The position numbers and the translations under genes are program-made. Below, piece after piece: positions 12,029 to 25,994 of a DNA stretch of 64,000 nucleotides (within the stretch, counting starts at the first letter, position 1; each line of letters begins with the position of its first letter). The notes under the pieces are model-generated. The model did no database searches. It was not told the DNA's origin and worked only from the letters and a program-made list of their open reading frames with translations. The stretch comes from Octopus sinensis. Taxonomy: Eukaryota. The stretch covers positions 35,216,001 through 35,280,000 of the forward strand of contig NC_042998.1 in the NCBI RefSeq assembly GCF_006345805.1. Reading direction: 5' to 3'.

Positions 12029-13284
12029 TTAATTGTTGTCGTTTATAACAGGCCCAAGGCATGAAATTTTGTGGCTGTCGGCAAATTTGATTATATGAAC
12101 CAAATTACAGTACTTGGCGGGCACGTTACGGTTTTATCAACCCTAAAAGGATGAAAGAAAAAAGTTGTCCATGACAGCAACGATGCTCTCAAAGATATCT
12201 AGGCATGGAAAATGATCAACTTAGCTTCCAGTTCTGGAATCTGGATAACTTCAAAATTATTCTTGCCTGGCATTGCTAGCGACAAACCATGCCACTTTGG
12301 TATTAACTCTGAAATCAGTAAAAACCATTAGAAGACGAACACAGAGCAACGGCATCGTTTCCCCAGACTCTTGTTCACTGCCCTAACATTGCTTACTTAT
12401 AGAGTTATGCTAAGCATAAAGATAGGCGGGATCCCACCATCAACTGAATGAAGCCCGAGAAACAACCTGCCGCCCTCCTGCGACCGGGAAAACCGGACAG
12501 TTTTCTTCAGGTGGTTATAGAGCGAAACTAATTCCACGCCTGTTTTGACAATATCGATTCTGCTAATTTTGTAATTTCCTTATAATATCCTTCATCCGAC
12601 GCCCCTCAGGCAAATATAAAGAATTTTTGTAATTATTGCAGTTTTACTGCTAGTGTTAGCAAATATCAATGATATTCAATTAAATTTCTTTCAATCCTGA
12701 GTATTATTTTCTAATTACACTTTTCGCTTTCTTTGGAATGGTTCATTGTAAACATGTCTCGGTGAACAAAAACAGTTCTCCAACAACGTGTGAGAGAATC
12801 AATATGCAATCGGTGTCGATAGAGTTCAGATTAAGTTGGTTTGTAAAAAGCAAAAGAAAGTCGAAGAAAATGTTATTTCGCTTTTGTTAAGTGTTTTAAG
12901 ATGACTCATTTCGCGGTTAAGTTTCATTAATATTCACCTCCATAATCAACGCCACAGAAACGTAACAATGAGGCGTCTGTGCGCATTATTTAGACCTGCT
13001 AGAAATAGCAATCAATTCTTTCTTAAATCACAGTCTACGGACTTAAAAACTGCGGCACGTTCAACAAGATATTCCTCTATGTATAAAAAGACTTGTTGAT
13101 CTCTGCTTTCGATTGTCGGTCTGCTTCATCGGAGCACTCATAAATCGGCCAAAGCAACTACAACGAGAACATTATTCTGAAGAGAAATAGCCACAATATT
13201 ATGAATCTCAACGTTGCTCGACACATTTTTTGGTTATACACAAGGACGTGACTCAACCACGTAAGTACTCAGTTACAGAGTCAG

Positions 13285-13608
13285 CTCTTTTACTCTTTTA
13301 CTTGTTTCAGTCATTTGACTGTGGCCATGCTGGGGTACCTTTCGTCCAGCAAATCGACCCCTGGACTTATTCTTTGTAAGTCTAGTACTTATTCTATCGG
13401 TCTCTTTTGCCGAACCGCTAGATTACGATGACGTAAACATACCAGCATCAGTTGTCAAGCAATGTTGGGGGGACAAACACAGACACACAAACATATACAC
13501 ACACACCTGAGGCTATAGTAGAAGACACTTGCCCAAGGTGTCACGCAGTGGGACTGAACCCGGAACCATGTGGTAGGTAAACAAGCTACTTACTACACAG
13601 CCACTCCT
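13285..13608 (-). mobile_element. SINE B, internally deleted
   Basis: Head and tail match other B copies. Confidence 0.85.
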
Positions 13609-13644
13609 ACTATACACACATTTCCAAAAGCAGAAACATCTATA

Positions 13645-13725
13645 CGAGGTCTGATTTAAAAGTATCGGAACTGTTTTTATGTTAACGGGGCTAAAGTGCT
13701 CAGAGCAAAACCGCTGGGTATATTT
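13645..13725 (+). mobile_element. Mariner-like terminal fragment
   Basis: TA+cgaggtctgatttaaaagtatcggaactg resembles the TIR at 6139; a related piece lies at ~11230-11280 on the minus strand. Confidence 0.45.
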
Positions 13726-14296
13726 CGGGTAGTGAAAATGATACAGGGGTGTGTGTAGCTCGAGGCAGAAGCGATCGAGTACTTAAAAAATTGGCTTTAT
13801 TGTTTTTCACGGATGTTTCCATAGAAACTATACTTACACATAGGCAGGCGCATATTTTCTCTTGGATGTAAATTGCATATTTGCGTATGTTTGTGTGTCT
13901 GAATTTGTGCATAACTGTATGCCTGTATGTTTATGTGTATATGCGTGTATGTGTGTGTGCGTATGAGTGCGCGTGCATACAGTGTCTTTGCAATCTGTCC
14001 TTGATTTCTTTTTTCTGTGACCAGGTGAAAATTAAGATACCAAAACAAACGCAAATACAGTGTTTATTCAAACAGCGAAATATTTACATCCCATCCGTTT
14101 TCATATCGACAAAATGACTGTAATGTCGTAATCAATCTAGCATGAGTTATTTACAATTAAACTTTTACAATTATGATACGTACATGCATCCGTAAATACA
14201 AGATGATGTTACCAAGGGACATAGAGGCCTGTTTTTAAAAATGTTTTAGGCCGAGCTTTTCCAACCTAGATCACTAACAGACTGTTAATTCCTCTT

Positions 14297-14613
14297 GGCG
14301 CGTGGCTTAGTGGTTAGGGCATTCGGCTCATGATCGTAAGGTTGTGAGTTCGATTCCCGGCGACGCGTTGTGTCCTTGAGCAAGACACTTTATTTCACGT
14401 TGCTCCAGTCCACTCAACTGGCAAAAATGAGTTGTACTTGTATTTCAAAGGGTCAGCCTTGTCACTCTCTGTGTCACGCTGATTATCCCCGAGAACTACG
14501 TTAAGGGTACACGTGTCTGTGGAATGCTCAGCCATTTGCACGTTAATTTCACGAGCAAGCTGTTCCGTTGATCGTATCAGCTGGGACCCTCGTCGTCGTA
14601 ACCGGCGGAGTCT
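14297..14613 (+). mobile_element. tRNA-derived SINE family C with 12-bp TSD
   Basis: A-box tggcttagtgg, B-box gttcgattc, ccttgagcaagacac; TSD ttaattcctctt at 14285 and 14614. Confidence 0.9.
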
Positions 14614-15167
14614 TTAATTCCTCTTAAATCCTATATTTCTCTTATTTTCCTTTCGTTCAGTTCCTTGTTATAAATGTGAGGGACAGTTTAGTGTTATGCA
14701 GGCCGAAGTATTTTTCACCATGTAGAAATTTGCTTTTACGATAATGGTTTACACACACAAACAGCACCTATTCCAGTTCTTCTCCAATGTTGTTTTCTAA
14801 ATACCAGCGATGGAACGTTGGACTTTGTTAGAAACTACATATATTTTCTTTAATGTATTTATTTAAAAAAGAAAAGATATATATAAGATTTATGGAAGGT
14901 TCTCTGTCAGCCCCGATGCTAAAACTGCACGCATTTCGGTTGTAATGTTGATCTTTCAGTTTCTCGACTCTTGTGCTTTTTAGGGCTTATAACCTCATAG
15001 TGTTTTTAGATCAAACTTAGAAACATTTATGTGCCGAAGGAATTTATTTTTTCTTATCAAATATTACATGATTTCCTTCCCAGATTTACTGCAAAATTTA
15101 GTCCACTGGATGATCACTTGATATTCACCAATGTATATAAACGCCATATACCCACACTCTTAACCAC

Positions 15168-15313
15168 GGGCATATGGCGTAGTGTTTAAGAGCTGGGGCT
15201 ACTAACCCCAATAAGGCTCGAGGGTATATCAGCCGAAGCGTTGTGTTAACAACAAAAGGTGAGGACAAATATCCGTCAAATGTACATAATTCCTCATCTC
15301 TTAAATATAGAAC
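15168..15313 (+). mobile_element. Deleted copy of the tRNA-HHR element
   Basis: gggcatatggcgtagtg..gctactaacccca fused to aaggctcgagggtatatcagccgaagcgttgtgttaac; the CUGAUGA core is lost. Confidence 0.7.
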
Positions 15314-15504
15314 TTTTCTGCTTAAAATTTACGACGCATGGCATCACTAGTTTCTTTGGAATTTACTTTTTTAAAAGAAATATTTCAATAGTTATCGCAT
15401 ATATTCCATAGCTTGTTTCAAGATGAGAAGAGATTATTGCATTTTCCTTTTCTAGAAGATGAAAATGCATGTAACTGCTTAATCAGATAGTAATACATTG
15501 GCGT

Positions 15505-15890
15505 AAGGAGGCGAGCAGGCAGAAACGTTAGCACGCCGGGCGAAATGCTTAGCAGTATTTCGTCTGCCGCTACGTTCTGAATTCAAATTCCACCGAGATC
15601 GACTTTGCCTTTCATCCTTTCGGAGTCGATTAAATAAGTAGCAGTTACGCACTGGGGTCGATGTAATCGACTTAATCCGTTTGTCTGTCCTTGTTTGTCC
15701 CCTCTGTGTGTAGCCCCTTGTGGGAAGTAAAGGAATAAGAATCTTTAGCACGCCGGTCAAAATGCTTTGTGGGAGTTCGTCTGTCTTGAGTTCAAATTCT
15801 GCTGAGGTCAACATTGATTTCACTTTTTCGGTGTCTATAAAATAAGCACTCTGAACTTGTTACTTTTGTACCAAAATTTGAAACCATTAT
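15505..15890 (+). mobile_element. SINE A plus partial second unit
   Basis: Family A head and tail. Confidence 0.85.
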
Positions 15891-16939
15891 CCATAGGTGT
15901 GTATATCTGTGTGTATGTTAGCTTGCGTCTGTGTGTCTGTATTTCACATCTATATGTTTAGAATTTGAAAATGCCTTTATGTTTTTCATTGTACTATAAA
16001 TGACAAAATTTCTTTTCTACTTAACACGTGACTTGATTACTTCAGCATGTGCCAAAGTGCAAGCTTTGTGTATTGTTTGTCTGACAATCTCTCACTTTAG
16101 TTTAATTGATTCAACGATTTTGTATTTGACGATTTAAAATTTGAAATTTATACAGTCTATTGTACGAAGAAATCAGTAGGAAAATGGTAGGCCGTGGCAT
16201 TTGCATTGATGAACAGCTAATCGATATCCGAAATGTTTTATCGTCATAGCATAGACCTTAATAACAAATACGTTTGTCTGGAACAAATGACGCATTTAAG
16301 TGAGAACGAAACATTATTTTTAACCTAGAAGACCCCTAAATGTAGAGAAATTAATTCTTGGACAAAGCATATTCTAAAGTCTCAAGCATACAAACAATCG
16401 AATTCAAAGACCATGTCTTCGGCATTGTGACAATGCTAATAATAATTTGCCATTTTAGTACAATCTTACAAATTTGGAGGTTAGGTAGTCAATAAAATCG
16501 ATCTCATGTGAAGATTTATGTTAATCGGCCCCAGACATGTAAAAGCGAAGAGGGTTCGGGTGACATACGGACAGACAATATAAAGAGAATAAAATAAATA
16601 ATATAACGATTTTCATTAGATGCTGAATTATTTCAAGTCCATGTTATTAGTCGTAACTACAAGATATGTACAAGATTGAATACTAATGAGGTAAAGGCAC
16701 ACAGAAAGAGTCAAGTCTATTTACAAAGCCTATCTTCAGGTGTATGCTCTCTCTCTATTTATCTCTCTTTCTCTCGCTATCTCTCCCTCTCTCCCTCCTC
16801 TCTCTCACACACATTCTCTTTCACACACACTCTCCTGACTACTTCATACTACATTGCCGTTCATAATTTACAATTTCTCTCAAAAGTATTCACGTCTCCC
16901 CGACCATCTTTCCTGCCAAACTAAGAGAGAGAGATAGCA

Positions 16940-17310
16940 GGGAGGGGTTGTTGGTCCGAGCAAACAACATTTTGTTTTTCGAGTGTCTTCATTTGTTCCC
17001 GGTTTGCACAGGACAGCAGATCAGTAAAAAAAAAACAAGAAGTTGTTGGAAAGTATGTCTGGTAAATAACCAAGACGCTTGCCGCCTGGGAATCTATAGT
17101 AGATGCCGTAGCCTCGGCGCATCATCCGGTACACCATAGCAGTACCGACTTCGGAACAGATGCTGATCGATCCGATCCGAGAATCCTTTCCGTTTTGCTT
17201 CTTGCAAAAAGAGAGACGCTGCAATCTTCTCGTATATTTTCTGGCGCAATGCAAGGAACTACTTACACCACCGAAGTGATGCAGGCATTCCGACATCTCT
17301 CTTCTGACTT
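16940..17310 (+). pseudogene. Decayed L1/Tx1-like ORF2 fragment
   Basis: Broken-frame resemblance, from memory, to the post-RT region of L1/Tx1 ORF2; not searched. Confidence 0.4.
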
Positions 17311-17421
17311 TTATTGAATTTTTTTTTTTGGTCAATCTCTATGTGACATTGACCACCCGGGATGCACTCATCCATATAAAATGGTGAAAGGGATCTGAGT
17401 TTTGATTAGATTCTACACATT

Positions 17422-17880
17422 GGCGCAGGTGTGGCTGTATGGTAAGAAGCTTGCTTCCCTACCACATGGTTCCGGATTCAGTCCCACTGCGTGGCACCTC
17501 GGGCAAGTCTCTGCTACTATAGCCACGAGTTGACCAAAGTCTTGTGATTGGATTTAGTAAATGGAAACTGGAAGAAGCACGTCGTAAATACATGTATATA
17601 TATATATATATATATGTATATATAATATATATATATGTATGTATGTATATATTTGTGTGTGTGTGTGCTTGTGTTTGTTCCCTTGCCATCGCTTGAAAAC
17701 CGAAGCTGGTGTGTTTGTATCGCCATAACTTAGCGGTTCGGTGAAAGATACCGACAGAATAAGTACTAGGTTTACAAAGAATAATTCCTGGGGTCGATTT
17801 CTTCGACTAACATCTTTTAAGGTGGTGCTCCAGCATGGTCGCAGTCAAATGACTGAGACAGGTAAAAGAATAAACGAATA
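17422..17880 (+). mobile_element. SINE B
   Basis: Complete head, central microsatellite and tail. Confidence 0.85.
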
Positions 17881-19483
17881 AAATAATAAAAGAATTTAAC
17901 CCGACCATGGCAATCCTAAGCGTGCAGAGATCAAAGGTCAGTGACTACGGCTAGTTTACATTTGCCTCGTTTACCACCTCATATTACTCAACCGTTTCCA
18001 GATTATTTCTTTCGCAAAATAATAGCTTGATAAATTACAGGCACAGAATATCATAAACTTGTATGGCAACCGAGATCTATGACTTTTCAACCCCAAAAGG
18101 TGTCGCAAAAGCAAAACGTTTGGTCGTTGAAAAATAATCACAACATTCATGAGAATGAGTCCCTTCTTTTTCCTTTAAACTACTGCCACTGTTTTTATCA
18201 TCAGCTTCTCTTCTTGTAGGAAGTAGGAATATCTCTCGATTTCTGCTGCCAAAACTATAGACTAAATTTCGATTAGCATCTTTATCGGTTTTGTTTCTTT
18301 CGATTAATGATAAATCCCGACATATGTCGTCCGTCTATCTTTTAGCGATGGTGTATTGACGACATTTCTCGACTTTGATGCCGTTCTCTATTTTGCTCTC
18401 TCTCTCTCTCTTCCTTTACCCTCTCTCCTCTCTTTCTCTCCTTCAGTTTCCCATTGTCTTTCAAATCTCCTTGCTATATTTTCCTGCCCTTCGTAGGAGT
18501 GTAAGATGTCAATTATGACAGCATTCTTGATGCGGTGGAAGGTTTTACAATGGAGAGATGCTTTTGAATGTAGCGATTTGGCACGCAAAGTTTTCCCCAA
18601 TTAACTCCTTCAAACAAGCTGAAACTATGTCTCTACGTTTACCGAGGCCTTTATTTCCGAAGAATTGTATATTTTGCGGTGGCTACTGCTGTGTGAATAA
18701 CTCTGCAGGATATTCAAAATACCGCCGAGGTAGACTTTACCTTTCATTTCCAAATCGATAAAATAAGCAGCAATTTTACGAGTTTCATTTAAAGACCTCT
18801 TCCAGTCCAGTTTCCATTTGCTGTTGTCTTTGTTAGTTAATAGTTTATTAACAGGTACCGGTGTGTCTGTAAAACTGAAAAGTCGAACTTACTAATAAAC
18901 TCTAGACACATACTGTATGTTGTCTATATTGACCAAACACTTCGATAAAGTAATATTATTGGAATTAATGCCCTTGTTTCATTCTAGATTTTAAACTGCC
19001 CTCAAGAGAGTCTCGTTAAATAATGGCTCGCATCCAGTCATTTGGTGCCGGTATTTTGACAGATTAAGTATACCATCCGTTAGTTATTAAATAACTTTCA
19101 TGAATTTGAATGAGATAATCTCTCCACCTTCCCATTTCAAATGGTTGTCCAGCAAGGTATATCCCCATGATTGAGTGATTATAGATTACTTGCAACGATT
19201 ATAAAAACAGCAGAGTATTTATTGAATCAACTTCAAGTTAATCATAGCCAACGATGGAGGACCTATCTGATTACCTGACCTGTTAGAAATGGCAGTCAAG
19301 TACCTTTGTGTTTTCATTTGTTTCTGCCATTAGAATGTGACCATGCTGGAGCGCCACCTCGCATAATTTTAGTCGAACGAATCGACTCCAGTTCTTTTTT
19401 CTAAGCCTGATAATTATTACATCGGTCCATTTCGCCGAACCACTTATTACAGGGCGATATAGCAACAACAATGAGTGTATATA

Positions 19484-19681
19484 TATTTCTTTACTGCCCA
19501 GAAGGGGCTAAACATAGAGGGGACAAACAAGGACAGACGAAGGGATTGAGTCGATTATATCGCCCCCAGTGCGAAACTGGTACTTTATTTATCGACCCCG
19601 AAAGGATGAAAGGCAAAGTCGACCTGGGCGGAATTTGAACTCAGAAATACCGCTAAGCATTTCGCCCGGCGCGCTATATAC
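19484..19681 (-). mobile_element. SINE A with 16-bp TSD
   Basis: acaatgagtgtatata at 19468 and 19682. Confidence 0.85.
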
Positions 19682-20137
19682 ACAATGAGTGTATATAGTT
19701 TACAATGAAAACCAGCAGAGAAAGGCCCGCAATGATGCAAAGTCAAATTTGTCGCGATTTGAACTAATAAAGCGGAGCAATAACTTTAAACAGTAATATT
19801 GGCTTCAGCTCAGACATTTTCCTCGGTGAACAGATGCATTTCGCATTAAATCCTATAATCAGGTGATCACTCTCTCCTAAACATCTATGTATACATTTCA
19901 TCTGGCCTCAAAACGTTCGATAAGAACATCGTCTTTGGTACGGATATAACCTTCAAATGCCTAAAATGTCACCAGCAAAGGTCAAGCAAATGCAGTGGAG
20001 TCTGCCTTAGACTTAAAAGCCATTCGGTCTTGATAGTTTATTGAGTGGTATGTTGCTAAATAATGAAAGAACAGCAACGAAACAAAGGTTACGTTTTAAG
20101 AGATGTGCCACACACCAGTTCACAGATTTCAATGATT

Positions 20138-20177
<40 letters not shown>

Positions 20178-20569
20178 CACATGTTCAAACACGCATACGC
20201 ACACACTCACTCACGTACACGTGCGCGCGCACACACATTTATTATGTTGCCGTTCGGTATTAAGATAAGAAGTCGTAGAAAATGTATCGTCATCTATGCA
20301 TCAAATAGATGTGTGCATATCCACCTACTCGTCTAGATATATGTGCGCACACACACACACACACATACACACGTGTGTGTGTGTGTGTGTGCAGGAGTCG
20401 CTTTGTGGTAAGAAGCTTGCTTCCCAACCACATGGTTCTGGGTTCAGTCCCACTGCGTGGCACCCTGGGCGTGTGTCTTCTGTTATAGCCTCGGACCGAC
20501 CAAAGCCTTGTGAGTAGATTTGGTAGATGGAAACTGAAAGAAGCCCGTTGTATATATATATATATGGTT

Positions 20570-20780
20570 AAAGTTAATCCAAACATGAAGACACAAAGAG
20601 AAAACACAACAACGCGAGGACGTGGAACAAGTATAGTGTTATTGGACGCTCAGGAAAGGAAAGAAAGAAGGAGGATTTAACGTTTCGAACGGAGCTCTTC
20701 GTCAGAAACATAGGAAAAGGAAAGATTCAACGAAGGGAAGATGGAGGGAAAAATCGCCAACGATACACACGCGGTCACAT
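20570..20780 (-). mobile_element. HHR-bearing ~200-bp element E, copy 1 (Penelope-terminal-repeat-like)
   Basis: Homologous to 45464-45647; follows a TA tract. Confidence 0.7.
20675..20709 (-). ncRNA. Minimal hammerhead ribozyme
   Basis: GUUU-CUGACGA-A-GAGC(UCC)GUUC-GAAACGUU-AAAU; loopless palindromic stem III; GUU triplet. Confidence 0.65.
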
Positions 20781-21029
20781 ATTGAATGACCGGAAGGGAA
20801 TGGGTGTGTGTGTATGTGTGTGTGTGCTTGTATGTGTATCTGTGTGTGTGTCTGTGTTTGTCCCCCCTCCATCGCTTGAAACCCGATGTTAGTGTGTTTA
20901 CGTCCCCATAAATTAGCGGTCAATACTGTATGGCAAGGCACTAAATATGCGCGCGTTCGTGTGTGTGCGCGCGTGAGTGTGTGTGTGTCTATGTGTATTT
21001 TTCTGTGTGCGTGTGCGTGTTTTAGTAAT

Positions 21030-22545
21030 GGATATAAAAGTCACCCAAATTCCCCAGCCTGTCATTCGCTTCCCGAACGCAGCAAGACGGACACGAAATC
21101 AGAGGGAGCAAGCCCTCGAACGCCTCCATGCTGGTCAACGTTCATGGGTCATTGCTAACGACTTGAACAGCAATATTCGGAAAATTGAGCTGCTGATATA
21201 ATGTCAAAAACAGCGCGGATGACGGTCCAGGCAGTGGACGACCGAGGGTTACAACGGCACGGCAAGATCACTACCTGCACCGGCAGCACTTGCAGGACCG
21301 ATTCCAGAGGATAATGGAATCAGCTAGGCAGACCATAGGGACTCACCACAGACCCATTTGTGCAGAATCAGTTCGTCACCGGCTGAAATCTTCCACCCTG
21401 TCTTGTCGACGTTCGGCCAGAGGCCCAAGCCTCACAGATCCTCATCGACGGGCACGTCTGCAGTGGACTCAAAAACGTCAGAACTGGTGACAGGGGGACT
21501 GTAGCCTTCTTTGACAAAATTCGATATTTCATTTCTGTGGCAGATAACAGAGCTAGGGTTGGATAACAGAGGGGGGTTAACGTCATGTCGATGTCTGTAT
21601 GTTGGAGAGAGACTTATGGGGAGAACAGACCATCATGGTATAGAGCGGTATAAGGGCGGTGAGCTGGCAGAAGCGTCAGCACTCCGGGCGAAATGCGTAG
21701 CCGTATTTCGTCTACCGTTACGTTCTGAGTTCAAATTCCGCCGAGGTCGACTTTGTCTTTCATCCTTTCGGGATCGATAAATTAAGTACCAGTTACGCAC
21801 TGGGGTCGATGTAATCGACTTAATCCGTTTATCTGTCTTTGTTTGTCCCCTCTATGTTTAGCCCCTTGTGTGTTATAAAGAAACAGGTATAGAGCGGAAT
21901 TGCACTCAGCCAGAAACTTGGACCGGTGGTCTTCCAAAACATCGGCTAAAGCCGGAGAAATGGAGTAACCGCTACTCACTACATCAACCAAGTGTTGAGA
22001 CCTCACATTGTGTCATAATTTACCCGTCGTTGGAATCACGTGTTCCAACACGACAACGCCCATGCCCATATTGCCAGGTTGACAACAGACTTCCTCCAAC
22101 AACGCAACATCCAGACATTGTCATGGTCTGCCCTAAGTCTGAACTTGAACCCCATAGAGTACCTGTGGGACAAAATCCAAAGAGGGCAAAATGACATCCG
22201 TCCAAGCTCGACAACTGCGGCACAACTCACCGCAAGTTTTAACAGAGTGTGGGCTGCTATCCCCATGGCCTTCATCCATCGTTTGGTGCATTCAATGTCA
22301 GAAGATGCCTGGTGGTAATCAACGCCAACGGTGGTCACACGAAATATTGAGTTCATCTCTTTGGATCCAGGGCACTCCGTCGTAACGTGACACCATGTGA
22401 CGTCAAACATGTCTCAGGAAATGACGCTATATCATTAGGGAAAAACGGTTTCTTAATTAGCATTCTTCAATCAATGCTATGGCAGTCTGTTGATAAACCG
22501 GTTTCTATTTAGTATGTGTGCGACGTTTCTTTCGTGGTTCAGTTT
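21030..22545 (+). mobile_element. Decayed Tc1 (DD34E) transposon
   Basis: SGRPRVTT, VAFFDK (for VLFSDE), FQHDNAHAH, LNPIEYLWD, NANGGHTKY*; a candidate right TIR cgtttctttcgtggttcagt lies at ~22523-22543. Left TIR not seen. Confidence 0.85.
21649..21885 (+). mobile_element. SINE A inserted in the Tc1 transposase
   Basis: TSD ggtatagagcgg at 21637 and 21886. Confidence 0.9.
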
Positions 22546-22549
22546 ATAT

Positions 22550-22709
22550 ATGACCAGTTTCTTTCGGTTTCCGTCCATCAAATCCACTCGCAAGGCTTTG
22601 GCCGACCCGAGGTTGTAATAGAAGACACTTGCATAAGGTACCTCGCAGTGGAACTGAACCACACTTCAGTGGGAAGCAAACTTCATACCACATAAACCAC
22701 GCCTGCTCC
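22550..22709 (-). mobile_element. SINE B 5' half
   Basis: Match to the B head and body. Confidence 0.75.
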
Positions 22710-22829
22710 TACCGTAGAGATGCTGGAGATAGTATTACATATATATGTTTTCTTTTAACTTGATTTTAAGTTTATTTTGAGTTTTTGCACTCGTCATTTC
22801 GGGTTTTACTTACATCGACCAAAACTATA

Positions 22830-23030
22830 GGCCCAAGATTAGCAATTTCTCAGAAGAGTTAAGTCGACTACATCGGCCCCAGTGTCCTACTGGTACTTAA
22901 TTTATCGACACTGAAGCGGAGTGAAAGGATAAAGTAGATGTCAGCGGAATTTGAATTCAAAACGTAAAGACGAACGAAATATTACGAAGCCTTTTGTCCG
23001 GCGTGCTAAAAATTTTGCCAGCTTCCCACC
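22830..23030 (-). mobile_element. Older SINE A-related copy
   Basis: Diverged match to family A. Confidence 0.7.
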
Positions 23031-23329
23031 CGCTTCACTGTAAATATGAGCTTCACATTTTGGCAAAAGGTCAGGAATTTGGTGGGGTGGGGTGACTAAA
23101 CTGATTACATCGACCCCGAATTTGGCGGAATTTGAACTCGAAATGCAAAGACGTTAAGCATTTTCACCTTAGGAACACAACACACAGCCTGATCCAGGAA
23201 TCGAACTCACTACTTCATGACTGTGAGCCCGTCGCTCTCACCATATATATGCATTATATACATGTGTGTACATATACATATGTATAATACATACATATAT
23301 TATATGTGCTATGTACATATGTGTGTGCG

Positions 23330-23361
<32 letters not shown>

Positions 23362-24020
23362 CGTGTGTGTCTGTATGTGTGTAAACCTGAAGTGTCCTAC
23401 ATATCTTTGAAGTTTTACTCTAAAAGAAATATGAAGATTTCCAGTGGTTGAAATGAGATTTATTAATGTCAGTAGCTAGGATGAAGAACTTAATTAAGAA
23501 CAAGTAATTAAAGTCCTTAATTTATGTTTAATTATAAAGCTGTTTATTAGTTTCTGGTTATGAAACCCTTTATAGTTTATTTCGATGATTTCTCCTTAAA
23601 AGCTTTTATCAGTGTTTTCAATATTATTTTCCAAAGCATTAGCATTGAACATAAGTACCAGTAACCTTTTGAATTATACACACAAAACTCCTGTGTCTTG
23701 TAAAGCGTGTTGCTTTCTGCCCTAAGAATATTTTATGAGCAACGTCGTTATGTTATTGCCGCTGTAAGGCCTCTCCAGCAATCTCACGTTAATTGAATTC
23801 ATCTCTTAGCAACGATATTAAATTTCGTTCAGCAACAATATTTCACAGTATTAAAAGAGCGTTGCACAAGCAGAAGTGATATATCATTGGACATATTGTC
23901 GTGTAATATTGGGTCAAATTTCTTTATCTGTTGGTTTCGAATCTTGTTGGAATTGATTTCACATGTCACCGTTTCGGGGTCAATAAACTATGTATCAATA
24001 AACTATGTATCACTTAAATA

Positions 24021-24235
24021 CCTATTTCTTTATTAGGGGCTAAACATAGAGGGGACAAACAAGGACAGACAAACGGATTAAGTCGATTACATCGTCCCCA
24101 GTGCGTAACTGGTACTTAATTTATCGACCCCGAAATGATGAAAGGCAAAGTCGACTTCAGCGAAATTTAACTCAGATCGTAACGGCAGGCGAAATACTGC
24201 TAAGCATTTCGCCTGGCGTGCTAACGTTTCTGCCA
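24021..24235 (-). mobile_element. SINE A
   Basis: Match to family A. Confidence 0.85.
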
Positions 24236-24323
24236 CCAGAGTATATCGACTGGCACAGCTCACCAAACCCACAGGTTTGAAGCTTTTGGTGCGTATGCTA
24301 GAAATATTTTAGTAACGGTATAA

Positions 24324-25065
24324 GCACAGGCGTGCTTCCATGCGGTAGCAGACTTGCTTCCCAACTATATGGTTTCGGGTTCAGTCTCACAACGTGGCTT
24401 CTTGAGCAAGAGTCTTCTACTGCTGCCTCCGGCCGATTAAGGCCTTATGTGTGGATTTGGTACACGGAAACTGAAAGAACCTCTTTGTATGAGTTAACAT
24501 AATCGCGCGTGCGCATGTATGTCTTTGTGTTTGTCTACAAGGACTGTTTGACAACCGGTATTGGTGTGTTTACGTTCCCGTAGCTAAGCGGTTCTGCAAA
24601 AGGAACCCGTACAATGAATAAAAAAAAAACGTCGCCATTTTCAAGCCTAGCCAGGCTCATGGGCCCGGTTTCCCGGTTTCTGTGGCGTATGTGTTCCCCC
24701 CAGCTGGACGGGACGCCAGTCCATCACAGCGTTACTCAAGAAACAGGAAGAGAGAGTGAGAGAAAGTTGGGGCGAAAGAGTACAACAGGGGTCGCCACCA
24801 CGCCCTGCCGGAGCTTCGTGGAGCTTTTTTAGGTGTTTTCGCTCAATATACACACACAACGCCCGGTCTGGGAATCGAAACCGCGATCCTCCGAACGCGT
24901 GTCCGCTACCCTAACCACTCGGCCATTGCACTTCCACTACAATAAATAACAGTCTTACAAAAATAAAAATAAATAAATACTGGGGTCGATTCATTTGGCT
25001 AAAAATTCTTCAAAGCAGTGCCCCAGCATGGCCGCAGTCCAATAACTGAAACAAGTAAAAGATAT
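24324..25065 (+). mobile_element. Older SINE B interrupted by a SINE D copy
   Basis: B body breaks at ~24621 and resumes at ~24950. Confidence 0.75.
24622..24937 (-). mobile_element. SINE family D with alternative tail Z
   Basis: D head (gcaatggccgagtggttagggtagcggacacgcg..tttcgattcccagaccgggcg); TSD tacaat(g/a)aataa at 24610 and 24938. Confidence 0.8.
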
Positions 25066-25177
25066 CTTCATTGCATGTTTATTCCCATTTGCTGCTCAAC
25101 GGACGGCATTTCAGAATGTTCTTCGTGTTGTTGAAGATACTTTATATACAATGTGTGCAGTCGTGCTAATTTCCGTA

Positions 25178-25395
25178 TACTCTTACTCTTTACTCTTTTA
25201 CTTGTTTCAGTCATTTGACTGTGGCCATGCTGGAGCACCGCCTTTAGTCGAGCAATTCGACCCCGGGACTTATTCTTTGTAAGCCCAGTACTTATTCTAT
25301 CGGTCGCTTTTGCCGAACCGCTTAGTAACGGGGACATAAACACACCAGCATCGGTTGTCAAGCAATGCTAGAGGGACAAACACAGACACACAAAC

Positions 25396-25428
<33 letters not shown>

Positions 25429-25594
25429 CATATATACGACAGGCTTCTTTCAGTTTCCGGCTACCAAATCCACTCACAAGGCTTTGGTCGGCCCGAGGCT
25501 ATAGTAGAAGACACTTCGCCAAGGTGCCACGCAGTGGGACTGAACCCGGAACCATGTGGTTGGTAAGCAAGCTACTTACCACACAGCCACTCCT
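25178..25594 (-). mobile_element. SINE B
   Basis: Near-complete copy. Confidence 0.9.
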
Positions 25595-25994
25595 GTAATA
25601 TTGGATATTTATCTATAATTCTTCATTCTGTCTCTCACTCTTTACATTTGGTCATTTACATCATGCCTCGTAGACTTATATTAACAATTGCTGGAATAGA
25701 TACAATGACGAAGAGATAGAGCATAATGAACATTGACGAAAATATTTAAAAGACTTGCATTAATTTCCTTGTTGGTATAAATTGGTTTGTCTACGCGTAT
25801 GGTTCTCTGTCGTTCGATGACACCATTCCTGACCTTTCTTTGAACTCTCGCTTTTCAGCTTCACATTTCTTGGCTTCTTTCAAGACAGAGAAGAAACTTT
25901 CTTTCACGTTTCTTTCTTTACTCTGTGTCGTTTTATATTGGTATTAGTTTCCTTTTAACATTTACATGTTCGTTAATTCCTAAGTATTTGTGTA

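Larger units (their letters stand above)
20391..20920 (+). mobile_element. SINE B interrupted in its TA tract by element E
   Basis: Head to ~20556; body resumes ~20803. Confidence 0.8.

Noticed and set aside
14297-14370. tRNA gene calls at SINE heads (also 15168, 25995, 36758, 55346)
   Set aside because: Cloverleafs are incomplete and continue into SINE bodies with TSDs.
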